Source: Candidatus Kaiserbacteria bacterium (lineage in GTDB: Bacteria > Patescibacteriota > Minisyncoccia > Phycocordibacterales > UBA2100). From it: a stretch of 64,000 bases of DNA. Shown here one piece after another: positions 1 through 9,456 of this stretch. Position 1 is the stretch's first letter. Each line of letters begins with the position of its first letter. Location: the NCBI GenBank assembly GCA_028286865.1, contig JAQBQU010000007.1, forward strand, positions 5,888 to 69,887, given 5' to 3'. The notes under the pieces were generated by a model. The model ran no database searches and was not told where the DNA came from. It saw nothing but the letters and a program-made list of their open reading frames with translations. Position numbers and translations under genes: made by a program.

Positions 1-57
1 GGATGGGCTTAGTATACTGAATACATATCACTAACAGCGCACCATTTCATAATTAGT

Positions 58-1173
58 ATGGCATTCGGAAAAAAAGAAAAAGCAGCTCCCAAGACCGTCG
101 GCGGCGGAAGCGATAAGGATATCGAACGCGCGCTCTCCGACATCAAGACAAAATTCGGCGACGACTCCATCATGATGCTGGGTGCGCAGCCGAAAGTGGA
201 TGTGAATGCCATTCCGACCGGTTCGATCGGCATCGATTGGGCGCTCGGCATCGGCGGACTCCCCCGCGGACGCATCATCGAAATATACGGACCGGAATCA
301 TCCGGAAAAACGACGCTCTGCTTGCATGCGATCGCTGAAGCCCAGAAGAAAGGCGGTATCTGCGCCTTTATCGACGCTGAACACGCGCTCGACCCGGAAT
401 ACGCCAAGAAGCTCGGAGTGGACACCGCGACACTGCTTGTCTCACAACCGGATACCGGAGAGCAGGCGCTTGAGATCGTGGAATCGCTCGTACGAAGCGG
501 TAAGATCGACGTCATCGTCATCGACTCCGTCGCGGCACTGACCCCCAAAGACGAGATCGAAGGAGATATGGGTGCTCAACACGTCGGCAAACAGGCACGC
601 CTTATGTCGCAAGCGCTGCGCAAACTCACCGCGATCGTAAGCAAGACGAAGACCACGGTGATCTTCATCAACCAGATCCGCATGCAGATCGGCGTCATGT
701 TCGGCAATCCCGAGACGACCCCGGGCGGCAAGGCGCTCAAATTCTATACATCGGTCCGCATCGACATTCGTCGCATCGCCCAGATCAAGAAGGGCGACGA
801 AGTGATGGGCGGCCGCCATCGCGTAAAGATCGTAAAGAATAAAGTGGCAGCTCCCTTCCGTGCGGTCGAGTTCGACATGCTCTACGGCGAAGGCATTTCA
901 AAAGAAGGTGAAGCGCTCGCGCTCGGCGAAAAGCTCGGCTTCGTCGATAAATCGTCCGGTGGTTCATATTCTCTCGCAGCGGCTGTCGCCGGTGTCCCTG
1001 CAAAGGGCAAAAAGGGCGAGGAGGGAGTGAAGCTCGGACGCGGCTACGATGCGGCGCGCACATTCCTCCGCGAGAATAAGCCCATCCTCAATCAGCTCCT
1101 CAAAGACATCAAAAAGAGTCTCAATGACAATGGCATGAGCCCGAAAAGCTCAGGCGGCAGCGCAGATGAATAG
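58..1173 (+). CDS. recA: Recombinase RecA
   Basis: 371 aa; Walker [10 protein letters not shown]; full-length RecA-like sequence ([38 protein letters not shown]). Confidence 0.97.
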   Translation: MAFGKKEKAAPKTVGGGSDKDIERALSDIKTKFGDDSIMMLGAQPKVDVNAIPTGSIGIDWALGIGGLPRGRIIEIYGPESSGKTTLCLHAIAEAQKKGGICAFIDAEHALDPEYAKKLGVDTATLLVSQPDTGEQALEIVESLVRSGKIDVIVIDSVAALTPKDEIEGDMGAQHVGKQARLMSQALRKLTAIVSKTKTTVIFINQIRMQIGVMFGNPETTPGGKALKFYTSVRIDIRRIAQIKKGDEVMGGRHRVKIVKNKVAAPFRAVEFDMLYGEGISKEGEALALGEKLGFVDKSSGGSYSLAAAVAGVPAKGKKGEEGVKLGRGYDAARTFLRENKPILNQLLKDIKKSLNDNGMSPKSSGGSADE

Positions 1174-1179
1174 CAGCTC

Positions 1180-1554
1180 ATGATACGCAAAGCAACGGCG
1201 GCAGACTTCCCCGCCATACAAAGCATCATTGCCCGTTTTCCCGATACGTTGATCCAGGTGCATCTTCCCGAGCCAGAAGAGTTCTTTGTCGCCGAAGAAG
1301 AGGGCACGGTCATCGCCTGCTGTGCGCTTGAAGTATATTCGAAGCGTCTCGCCGAAGTACGTAGCCTCGCGGTCTTGCCCGAGCACCAAGGCAAAGGTAT
1401 CGCCACCGCGCTCGTTGCACGATGCCTTGAGGAAGCGAAGGCGCTCAACGTATATGAAGTGCTTACCATTACGGGCGCAACATCACTCTTCGAAAAGCAG
1501 GGCTTCGGGGCATTCAATAAAGAAAAGTTCGCTCTGATACAAATATTGGGCTAA
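1180..1554 (+). CDS. GNAT family N-acetyltransferase
   Basis: 124 aa; acetyl-CoA binding motif region LAVLPEHQGKGIATALV typical of GNAT fold. Confidence 0.8.
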   Translation: MIRKATAADFPAIQSIIARFPDTLIQVHLPEPEEFFVAEEEGTVIACCALEVYSKRLAEVRSLAVLPEHQGKGIATALVARCLEEAKALNVYEVLTITGATSLFEKQGFGAFNKEKFALIQILG

Positions 1555-1593
1555 TTGGACAATCTGCATTTTTTGGCTAGAATGCTCTCACAT

Positions 1594-2160
1594 ATGGCAA
1601 TGCTTGCATACAACGAGGTCCTCCCGAAGCGGCTTATCATCATCGACGGCGAGCCGTACGAAGTGCTTTCCGCATGGGTATTCCGCAAACAACAGCGCAA
1701 ACCGGTCAACCAGGTCAAGCTCCGTAATCTCAAGACCGGCTCGATGGCCGAACACACGTATCACGTATCCGACAAGATCGAAGAGGCGGAAGTAGAATCT
1801 CGGCCGGCGGTCTTCATCTACGAGCGCAACGGCGAGTGGTTCTTCCACGAGGTCACCGACAAATCAAAACGCTTTACCATCGACCAGGAACGCATCGGCG
1901 ATGCTTCGAAGTACCTCAAGAGCAATGTCGAGGTGGAGGTCCGCTGGTTCGACAACGAGCCGATGCAGGTGAAGATCCCGATCAAAATGGACCTCAAAGT
2001 GACCGAGGCGCCGCCAAACACCCGCGGCAACACTGCCCAGGGCGGCAACAAGGTCGTCACCCTCGAGACCGGTGCCACTCTCAACGTGCCTATGTTCGTC
2101 GAGGCCGGCGACACCGTGCGCATCAATACCGAGACTGGCGATTACGTAGAGCGCGTCTAG
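1594..2160 (+). CDS. efp: Translation elongation factor P
   Basis: IIDGEPYEV..VKLRNLKTG N-terminus and C-terminal TGDYVERV match EF-P. Start taken at ATG 1594 (or 1600) rather than track start 1555. Confidence 0.9.
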   Translation: MAMLAYNEVLPKRLIIIDGEPYEVLSAWVFRKQQRKPVNQVKLRNLKTGSMAEHTYHVSDKIEEAEVESRPAVFIYERNGEWFFHEVTDKSKRFTIDQERIGDASKYLKSNVEVEVRWFDNEPMQVKIPIKMDLKVTEAPPNTRGNTAQGGNKVVTLETGATLNVPMFVEAGDTVRINTETGDYVERV

Positions 2161-2172
2161 CTTCTCTTGAAC

Positions 2173-2207
2173 AAAAAGACCCTTCGTACGAAGGGTCTTT
2201 TTGTTTT
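2173..2207 (+). terminator. Intrinsic terminator after efp
   Basis: Hairpin agacccttcg/cgaagggtct followed by a T-run. Confidence 0.8.
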
Positions 2208-2237
2208 GAGGTCGACTATTTTTGGATGTAAGGCAGA

Positions 2238-2325
2238 AGGGCCACAACTCTCGGTTCGCCGTCGCTCACCTCGGTCGCAGCCCCCGCCTCGCGGTCGCAC
2301 GAGCTCGTGCGACATCGCTCCGGCC
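2238..2325 (+). repeat. Mosaic hairpin repeat, copy A (hairpin 1 degenerate)
   Basis: ...ccgtcg...cccgcctcgcg-gtcgcacgag/ctcgtgcgac-atcgctccggcc. Aligns with copies at 28524, 38683, 42198 (rc) and 50316. Confidence 0.75.
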
Positions 2326-2361
2326 GACTCCTGTCCTTTCGAACGCTATGCGTTCTCGAAA

Positions 2362-2394
2362 TAAACAAAAGCCCGACGAAAGTCGGGCTTTTGT
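2362..2394 (-). terminator. Intrinsic (bidirectional) terminator after rpsR
   Basis: Hairpin aaaagcccgac-gaaa-gtcgggctttt flanked by A and T runs. Confidence 0.8.
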
Positions 2395-2592
2395 TTATTT
2401 CTGAATGTAAGGCAGGAGTCCCATAAAGCGGGCGCGCTTGACCGCAGCCTCTACAGCTCGCTGCTGCTTGGCCGTAAGATCGGTTCGCTTGCGCGACATG
2501 ACACGACCGTGCGGATTGACGAACTGCTTGAGCAGGTCGACATCCTTGTAGTCGATGTGCTGGATATCATTCTGTGTGAGTATATTTGCCAT
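2395..2592 (-). CDS. rpsR: 30S ribosomal protein S18
   Basis: 65 aa; IDYKDVDLLKQF..GRVMSRKRTDLTAKQQR is the S18 signature; rpsF-ssb-rpsR order. Confidence 0.95.
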   Translation of the reverse strand: MANILTQNDIQHIDYKDVDLLKQFVNPHGRVMSRKRTDLTAKQQRAVEAAVKRARFMGLLPYIQK

Positions 2593-2597
2593 AAAAT

Positions 2598-3062
2598 TTA
2601 GAATGGAATGTCGTCTGGGTTAATGTCGTCTTTCGGATAATCGATACCTGCTCCACCGCCTGAAGACATCTCTTCCGGAGCCTGCTGTCCTTCGTCGCTT
2701 CTCGAAACCCCACCGCCTCCTCCACCTCCCGAACCGCGTGGACCGAATTGAACGGAGTCAGCGATGACTTCGGTGCGGTACTTCTTCTCGCCGCTGGCCT
2801 TGTCATCCCAACTGCGCGTCTGCATGCGGCCTTCGATGTATGCTGTGCTTCCCTTCTTCAAATACTGCTGAACGGTGTCAGCCTGACGACCGAAGACGAC
2901 GATATTGTGGAAATCGCTCTGTTCCTGCTTCTTGCCGTCGCGGTCTTTGAAGGTGCGATTCGTTGCGATGGAGAAGTTGCAGACGTTCATCCCTGACGGG
3001 AGCGCACGCAACTCAGGGTCGCGCGTAAGGTTGCCGAAGAGGATCGCCTTGTTGATGTACAT
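2598..3062 (-). CDS. ssb: Single-stranded DNA-binding protein
   Basis: OB-fold N-terminus (ILFGNLTRDPELR), Gly-rich linker, acidic C-terminal tip DDIPF. Confidence 0.95.
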   Translation of the reverse strand: MYINKAILFGNLTRDPELRALPSGMNVCNFSIATNRTFKDRDGKKQEQSDFHNIVVFGRQADTVQQYLKKGSTAYIEGRMQTRSWDDKASGEKKYRTEVIADSVQFGPRGSGGGGGGGVSRSDEGQQAPEEMSSGGGAGIDYPKDDINPDDIPF

Positions 3063-3077
3063 ATCAAAAGTCTAGCA

Positions 3078-3587
3078 CTACTCCGTGATGTCCAAAAGTG
3101 CCTTGTCGAGGTCGACTTCAGAGAGCGGTGCGCTGGTCTCCTCAGGACGGCGGGGGGTCGATTTGATGGTATCGGTGCGCTTTACCTCGCGAAGCGTCGG
3201 AGCCTTGATCTTGGCGCGGGTCTCCTCGCGCACGGTCACAAAGATGATGTGTCGAAGGATAGAAGTATTAGCCTTGAGGAATTCCTCGAGAGCGGCGACG
3301 GAAGCGACCGGAGCCTCATATTTGATCCAGCCGAAGTATGCCTTGTCGAAGTATGAGCGCTTATCGCCCACCTGGGACTCCATCTCATAGGCGAGACGGG
3401 TCATCGCAGGAGCGCCTTCAGCGATGAAGGAACCTCCGGCCTTTTCAATAGCGCTGCGGATATCACCGACGGCCTTCTCGACGTTCTCTTCAACTACCGT
3501 AGGAACGATGTGGTAGCCCACCTCGTATATGCGCAAAACAACCTCGTTGTCGGAGGTGTTAGCGACTGCATTCATTTCCTCTGCCAT
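3078..3587 (-). CDS. rpsF: 30S ribosomal protein S6 with C-terminal extension
   Basis: YEVGYHIVP.. S6-like core; position upstream of ssb-rpsR. Confidence 0.85.
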   Translation of the reverse strand: MAEEMNAVANTSDNEVVLRIYEVGYHIVPTVVEENVEKAVGDIRSAIEKAGGSFIAEGAPAMTRLAYEMESQVGDKRSYFDKAYFGWIKYEAPVASVAALEEFLKANTSILRHIIFVTVREETRAKIKAPTLREVKRTDTIKSTPRRPEETSAPLSEVDLDKALLDITE

Positions 3588-3690
3588 ATGTAGGGGCTAC
3601 TCTACCACGGGGCCCCTGCCCCTGCAAGAAAGACCCCGTAAAATAAGGCTCTATTGACCTCTGCTCATGCAGCTTGTGAAATCCACCGAG

Positions 3691-4509
3691 TTACTGAAGA
3701 TTGATATTAAAGACACGCTCCGCATTGCGAAGCAATTGAGCTGAGACGACCGCCTCAGGCTCTCCTTTGATGCCTGCGATCGATTCCACCACCTTGGTGA
3801 CATGCGCCGGCTCATTGCGCTGCCCACGGAACGGGACCGGTGTGATGTAGGGCGCATCGGTCTCCGAAAGGAGCATGTCGAGCGGCGTATTCTTTACGAC
3901 CTCGTCGTAATCGTGGGTAAACGTGAGTACCCCGGTGAAACTCAGCGTAAACCCCATATCGAGGAACTGTTTTGCGATCTGCCAGTCCCCCGCAAAGAAG
4001 TGCACATCGCCGCGAACCTTGGCGTGCGCCTTCAGGATCTCGATAGAATCTTCATACGCATTGCGGATGTGGAGCATGAGCGGCTTGTTCAATCGATTGG
4101 CGAGTTCGATCTGCTCGATAAATGCCTTGCTCTGGATATCCTTGGTGCTTTCGTCTATACGATAGTAATCGAGACCGCACTCTCCCACTGCTATTACGTT
4201 CGGATCCTTCCCGAGCGCTTCGTATGCGGCCGTGTCAAAGACCTCGCCACGGGAAGTGAATTCCTTCCCGCCCTCTCCAAGCTCCTTTGTGTCGTGATAT
4301 GACTTGGCAGTATGTACGGGATGCAGTCCGATCGTGGCATAAACACCGTCGTATTGCTGCGCCAGGGCCACTGCAGACTTAGAGGTGTCCAACTGGGTGC
4401 CCACGATATTCATTCCGACACCGCTATCGAGCGAGCGCCTTATGACCGCATCACGATCCCCATCGTATGCGACGAAATTCGTATGTGTATGTGCATCAAA
4501 ATATTTCAT
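3691..4509 (-). CDS. TatD family metal-dependent hydrolase
   Basis: MKYFDAHTH.. N-terminal HxH motif, GECGLDYY, HIRNA, ETDAPY. Start at ATG 4509, in an ATGA overlap with the upstream gene. Confidence 0.9.
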   Translation of the reverse strand: MKYFDAHTHTNFVAYDGDRDAVIRRSLDSGVGMNIVGTQLDTSKSAVALAQQYDGVYATIGLHPVHTAKSYHDTKELGEGGKEFTSRGEVFDTAAYEALGKDPNVIAVGECGLDYYRIDESTKDIQSKAFIEQIELANRLNKPLMLHIRNAYEDSIEILKAHAKVRGDVHFFAGDWQIAKQFLDMGFTLSFTGVLTFTHDYDEVVKNTPLDMLLSETDAPYITPVPFRGQRNEPAHVTKVVESIAGIKGEPEAVVSAQLLRNAERVFNINLQ

Positions 4510-5126
4510 ACCTTTCGTGCCCAAATTCGGATCCATTGTATATCACGGCCCAGCGTGTCTGGAACGATCTCTGACGAGATCAGCACAAAGCCCGCAATTC
4601 TCACCAGTTCCTCAAGCTCGCTCTGCCCAAATAATGTGAATCCCCGCTTTATCTCGCCGGAAGCTGCCAGGTCGTCGGACAATTCCTGATATCCCTCGCC
4701 TTCTTTTACCTGTATGTGTAGTTTTCCATCCTGTCTGAGGACGCGATAGAACTCCTTGAGCACATACGGGACCTGCTCCCTATTGATATGGAGCAGCACC
4801 GCCTGCGCCCAGATCGCACCGAACGTACCGTCCGGAAAGTCCATTTTCTGAACATCCATCTTGTAGAACGGCACGCTCGGCAGTCGCCTCTTTGCTTCCG
4901 CAAGAAATACCGCTGACAGATCGATACCTATCGGGCGTAGTCCGTATTTCAAAAATTGCTCCGTATCGCGGCCACCAGCGCACCCGACATCCAATATCGA
5001 GGAATGTGCAGGAAGTGAGCGCACAAACGCCCCTATCTCAGGCGGAAGGGCTTTCTCTATGTCCGAAAGGTACGCAGCGCCGAGCGCGTCGTACATAGCA
5101 CCAATATCAGGATGATCAGATCTCAT
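4506..5126 (-). CDS. Class I SAM-dependent methyltransferase
   Basis: Motif I ILDVGCAGGRD; FDGIWAQAVLLH-like post-I region. Start at 5126, in an ATGA overlap with the SET gene stop. Confidence 0.85.
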   Translation of the reverse strand: MRSDHPDIGAMYDALGAAYLSDIEKALPPEIGAFVRSLPAHSSILDVGCAGGRDTEQFLKYGLRPIGIDLSAVFLAEAKRRLPSVPFYKMDVQKMDFPDGTFGAIWAQAVLLHINREQVPYVLKEFYRVLRQDGKLHIQVKEGEGYQELSDDLAASGEIKRGFTLFGQSELEELVRIAGFVLISSEIVPDTLGRDIQWIRIWARKV

Positions 5127-5524
5127 ATGGCAGTTCCTATAATATATCCCTTGCAGCTTGGTGTGCCACAATGACATTCCATTTTTTCTCCATCCTTCAA
5201 TTCAGATCTATAGTCCGATGTTATTTCTTCACCAGAAGCAATACCTGTAATCACTACGTCCGCTCCATCTATTGGATTCGTATTCGCCTCACACGAATGA
5301 TTGATATAGCGTGCCGGCGGCATCATATACAACCAACCTCCGTTGTAGCGCGCAACATACATTCGTTGATCCAAGGGAAGCCGTTCATATTCTTCGTCCG
5401 TAAGCGGACTCGACACATCTTTCCAGCTAAAAACAACTTCGCCCGGCTCAAAACTGCGCAAAGCAAAAATACCGAGACCGGCGATGCGTGATTTCCTAAC
5501 CTCTATGTCCGAATCTGGGATCAT
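5123..5524 (-). CDS. SET domain protein (putative protein-lysine methyltransferase)
   Basis: 133 aa; RYINHSCEANT (NHSC motif), EEITSDY, post-SET-like CHCGTPSCKG. Confidence 0.85.
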   Translation of the reverse strand: MIPDSDIEVRKSRIAGLGIFALRSFEPGEVVFSWKDVSSPLTDEEYERLPLDQRMYVARYNGGWLYMMPPARYINHSCEANTNPIDGADVVITGIASGEEITSDYRSELKDGEKMECHCGTPSCKGYIIGTAI

Positions 5525-6948
5525 TCTTTTCTCGGAAAAAGATTCTCCGGTTTTTTGTTGGCGAGGATGGCGGCTTTTATCTTTTCATTTGTCTGCGGCA
5601 TAAAGGGATTGAGGAGGCGCACTATCTTATATAGCTCGGTCGCAAGTTCTGCGATAAGCGCTCTTCCCTGCGCCACATCAGTTTTGATGAGCTTAAAGGG
5701 CTCGGTCGTCGTGATCTTTTGGTCGAGTTTTTGGATCTCGCCCCACACGAAGTCGAGCACCTTGTTGTAATCGTATTTTTCTAATGCCTCGGTGTATTCC
5801 TGCGGAAATCCTACGGCTTCAGGGCGAGCGATCGGAGATTCCAAATGGGTTTCAGCCAATTTCATAATACGCGCGGTCACATTGCCGAGACCATTGGCAA
5901 GGTCTGCATTGTAGGATTCCTTGAATTTCTCCATCGTCACATCCGAGTCGTCGAATGGATGTACATGTCGCGCGAGGAAATAGCGCAGTGCATCAGCCCC
6001 GTACTCGTTCACGATCGCATACGGCTCGATCACGTTGCCGAGGGATTTCGACATCTTTTGGCCGCCCGAAGTAATGAAGCCGTGATATATCACCTTATCG
6101 GTCGCCTTGATCCCGGCAGACATGAGCATCCCCTGCCACATGATCGATTGGAAGCGCACCTGGTCCTTCCCGGCAAGCTGTAATGTCTCCCCTTCGGTCC
6201 AGAATGTCTTGAAATTTCCTTCGGTACCCGGCCAGCCGAGAGTAGAGATGTAATTGGTGAGCGCATCGAACCAGACGTACATCACCTGATGCTCGTCGCC
6301 CGGCACCGGCACCCCCCAGCTCATGCGCTTGGTCTCACGCGAGATGCTGAAATCCTCAAGACCCTGTTCCACGAACTTGACCGCTTCTTCGCGGCGCCAT
6401 TCCGGGACGATGACCCCCGGCTGCTTCAAGTATTCCAGGATGCGGTCCTGATAATTGCTGAGCATGAAGAAGTAATTTTCTTCTTCCACCTCGACGGGCT
6501 CCATGGTCGGATGGTTCGGGCATTTTCCGTTGACCAGATCGCTCTCCTTGATGAAGGCTTCGTCGCCGACACAGTAGAGTCCTTTGTATTTTTTCTTATA
6601 GATATCGCCTTTGGCGGCACAGATGCGCCATAGTTCCTGCGCGGCGCGCACATGGTCGTCGTCGGTCGTGCGAATGAACGCATCGTTTGAAAGGTCGAGT
6701 GCCTCTTTCAATTTCCGGAACTCCGCCGCATAGTGATCCACATATTCTTTTACGTCGCGGCCTTCTGAGGCGGCCTTCTGAGCGATCTTCTGGCCATGCT
6801 CGTCGGTGCCGGTATTGAAGAAGACCTTCCCCCCCATGAGGCGACGATAACGCGCAATGATATCGGCGTGCACGATCTCAAGCGCGAATCCGATATGGGG
6901 ATCGGAGTTTACGTACGGGAGCGTGGTGGTGATATACAGCGGCTTCAT
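5521..6948 (-). CDS. metG: Methionyl-tRNA synthetase, short form lacking the C-terminal tRNA-binding domain
   Basis: TTTLPYVNSDPHIGF (HIGH region), KMSKSLGNVI. Start at ATG 6948, in an ATGA overlap with the upstream gene. Confidence 0.95.
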   Translation of the reverse strand: MKPLYITTTLPYVNSDPHIGFALEIVHADIIARYRRLMGGKVFFNTGTDEHGQKIAQKAASEGRDVKEYVDHYAAEFRKLKEALDLSNDAFIRTTDDDHVRAAQELWRICAAKGDIYKKKYKGLYCVGDEAFIKESDLVNGKCPNHPTMEPVEVEEENYFFMLSNYQDRILEYLKQPGVIVPEWRREEAVKFVEQGLEDFSISRETKRMSWGVPVPGDEHQVMYVWFDALTNYISTLGWPGTEGNFKTFWTEGETLQLAGKDQVRFQSIMWQGMLMSAGIKATDKVIYHGFITSGGQKMSKSLGNVIEPYAIVNEYGADALRYFLARHVHPFDDSDVTMEKFKESYNADLANGLGNVTARIMKLAETHLESPIARPEAVGFPQEYTEALEKYDYNKVLDFVWGEIQKLDQKITTTEPFKLIKTDVAQGRALIAELATELYKIVRLLNPFMPQTNEKIKAAILANKKPENLFPRKE

Positions 6949-8009
6949 ACATCCACACTTTGCCATGGAAGCTTCCCGCCCTGCAAATCCTTCACAAGTT
7001 CCTGCAGAGTCGCCGCTGCCGGGACCGAGAGGATGATCCCGAGGAAGCCGGCAAGCTCAGCGCCGACGATGAGGGCCAATATCACCAAAAGCGGCGGCAC
7101 GCCCACGACACGCGTCACCACCTGCGGATAGATGAGGTGATTTTCGAACTGCTGCGCGATCACATAGATAACAACCACAATGATGCCGAGTTTCGGCCCC
7201 CCTGCCGCAAATGCGATAGCCACTGCGGGGACCGCTGCGAGGATCGGACCGAATACCGGAATGATCTCAAAACATCCTGCAATGACCGCGAGCACGAGGG
7301 CGTGCGGTACCTGGAAGATGGTGAGGAGGAGAAATACGAGCACCCCCATGATGACGCCGAGCAGGAGCTGCCCTTGCATCCACAAGCCGATCTTGTGCTG
7401 CGAGCGGCGCCAGAGCCCTGCAACATACGCCTGATGTGATTTGGGCGTGATGATGTTGAGGAAGTCATCCACCCCGGTCTCAATGACAGCAAAATAGAAC
7501 GAGAACACAATGATCAGTACGAATGAGAATACTCCGCCGAAGATATGACTGACGGCGCTGAATGCATTGCCGAAGGCACCCCCGATATTCAGAGACTCAC
7601 GTATGCTTGCCATGATATCGGCCGAGGAGATCGTAGAGACCGACGGAAGTCCAAGAATGCTCGTGTATGAGTCGAATGCGCCGCTGCGGGTCACCGACTC
7701 GAGATATGCCGGGATATTGGACGCGAACGTCGCAAAATCTTCGAGCACCGACGGAAGGAAGAAGTAAAAGATGACGAAGAAAGTACCGAAAAGCAGTGCG
7801 TACACGCTGATGACCCCGAGTATGCGCGGCAGGCCCCGGCGCGTGAGCGCACGCACACCGGGCTCGACCGCCGAGGCGATCACAATGGCAGTGAGGACGA
7901 TCAAAACGACACTTCGGAGATAGTAGAGGAGAGCCGCGAGCACCAGAATGATCACCGTTTTAAGCACCGTTCCCGACGTGATGGAAATAGTGAGGTGCTT
8001 ATCGGACAT
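6945..8009 (-). CDS. AI-2E (PerM/YhhT) family transporter
   Basis: 354 aa polytopic membrane protein; C-terminal pattern FEIIPVFGPILAAVPA..IYPQV typical of the AI-2E family. Confidence 0.85.
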   Translation of the reverse strand: MSDKHLTISITSGTVLKTVIILVLAALLYYLRSVVLIVLTAIVIASAVEPGVRALTRRGLPRILGVISVYALLFGTFFVIFYFFLPSVLEDFATFASNIPAYLESVTRSGAFDSYTSILGLPSVSTISSADIMASIRESLNIGGAFGNAFSAVSHIFGGVFSFVLIIVFSFYFAVIETGVDDFLNIITPKSHQAYVAGLWRRSQHKIGLWMQGQLLLGVIMGVLVFLLLTIFQVPHALVLAVIAGCFEIIPVFGPILAAVPAVAIAFAAGGPKLGIIVVVIYVIAQQFENHLIYPQVVTRVVGVPPLLVILALIVGAELAGFLGIILSVPAAATLQELVKDLQGGKLPWQSVDV

Positions 8010-8047
8010 GTCCGAATCGTATCACACCACGCGTGCGACCACGAAAA

Positions 8048-9361
8048 CTAAGAAATTATTGAAACAAGGTCGACTATCGCGACCCGGCGCTGCTCCCCTG
8101 TATCGCGGTCCCGCACGGTCACCGTATCGAGAAGCTCCGGGTTCTCACCCAGCGTATCGAAGTCGATGGTGATGCAGGAAGGAGTGCCGATCTCATCCTG
8201 ACGGCGGTAGCGCTTGCCGATGTTACCGTTGTCGTCCCACATGATCTGCGGCACCTGCTTCTTGAGCATGGAATATACCTCGCGCGCCTTAGCGACGAGC
8301 TCGGGCTTATTCTTGAGAAGAGGAAATACAGCGGCCTTGATGGGTGCCACCGCCTTATTGAACTTAAGATAGGTGCGAGTTTCTCCACCAAGCTCATCTT
8401 CGGTATACACGGAGGCAAGAATCGCAAGAATGGTGCGGTCGACTCCGAAGGACGGTTCGATCACGTGCGGCACAAACCGTTTCCCTCCCCCCTCTACCGA
8501 ATCGTCCAAGAATGAGAGATCTGCGCCCGATGCGCCAGCGTGAGCAGAAAGATCGAAATCGGTTCGGTATGCGAGTCCGTAGAGTTCTTTGTGGCCGAAC
8601 GGGAATTCAAATTCGAAATCGATCGTGCGCTTTGAGTAATGTGCGCGATCGCCGTCGGCTACTTCCAGCTCCGTCGTCTTTGACGCGTCGATGCCGACGG
8701 CAGCAAGCCATCGATGCACTTCGTTGCGCCAATCCTCGAACGCTTCCTCCCAATTGCCTGGACGGACAAAGTATTCGATCTCCATCTGCTCGAATTCACG
8801 CGAACGGAACACGAAATCCCGCGGTGCAATTTCGTTGCGGAATGCTTTACCGATCTGTGCAATACCAAACGGCAGTTTCGGGTGGAATGAGTCGACGACA
8901 TTCTTGAAATTCACGAAAATGCCTCCGGCAGTTTCCGGCCGAAGATACGAAACCGATTCGGCATCTTCAGTAGCACCGATCTGCGTCTTAAACATCATAT
9001 TGAACTGGCGGACCTCACCAAATGAACCGCCGCATTCGGGGCATTTCTCTCCCACTTGATCGGCGCGGAAACGGCGCTTACACTTTTTGCACTCTACGAG
9101 CGGGTCCGAAAACCCGCTTACATGGCCAGATGCTTCCCAGGCTTTCGGGTTCATCAAAATAGCAGCGTCGAGGCCGCACATATCATCGCGTTCCTGCACG
9201 AACATCCTCCACCACAATTGCTTAACGTTATTTTTAAGTTCAACGCCGAGTGGTCCGTAGTCCCACGTACCCGCGAGGCCGCCGTAGATCTCGGAGCCCT
9301 GGTAGACGAAGCCTCTGCGCTTGCAGAGAGAGATGATCTTTTCCATGCTTGAGTCCGACAT
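8048..9361 (-). CDS. glyQS: Glycyl-tRNA synthetase (class II, dimeric type)
   Basis: CKRRGFVYQGSEIYGGLAGTWDYGPLG, FRNEIAPR, anticodon-binding C-terminus. Start at ATG 9361. Confidence 0.95.
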   Translation of the reverse strand: MSDSSMEKIISLCKRRGFVYQGSEIYGGLAGTWDYGPLGVELKNNVKQLWWRMFVQERDDMCGLDAAILMNPKAWEASGHVSGFSDPLVECKKCKRRFRADQVGEKCPECGGSFGEVRQFNMMFKTQIGATEDAESVSYLRPETAGGIFVNFKNVVDSFHPKLPFGIAQIGKAFRNEIAPRDFVFRSREFEQMEIEYFVRPGNWEEAFEDWRNEVHRWLAAVGIDASKTTELEVADGDRAHYSKRTIDFEFEFPFGHKELYGLAYRTDFDLSAHAGASGADLSFLDDSVEGGGKRFVPHVIEPSFGVDRTILAILASVYTEDELGGETRTYLKFNKAVAPIKAAVFPLLKNKPELVAKAREVYSMLKKQVPQIMWDDNGNIGKRYRRQDEIGTPSCITIDFDTLGENPELLDTVTVRDRDTGEQRRVAIVDLVSIIS

Positions 9362-9456
9362 GAGCCGAAGTTTACCCCGCAAGATTGAACGCGTCGAGTT
9401 GAATGCGAACAAGTAAGGGATATCTTGTGGGGTGTATCACGCAGGCCTTGTGGCCT

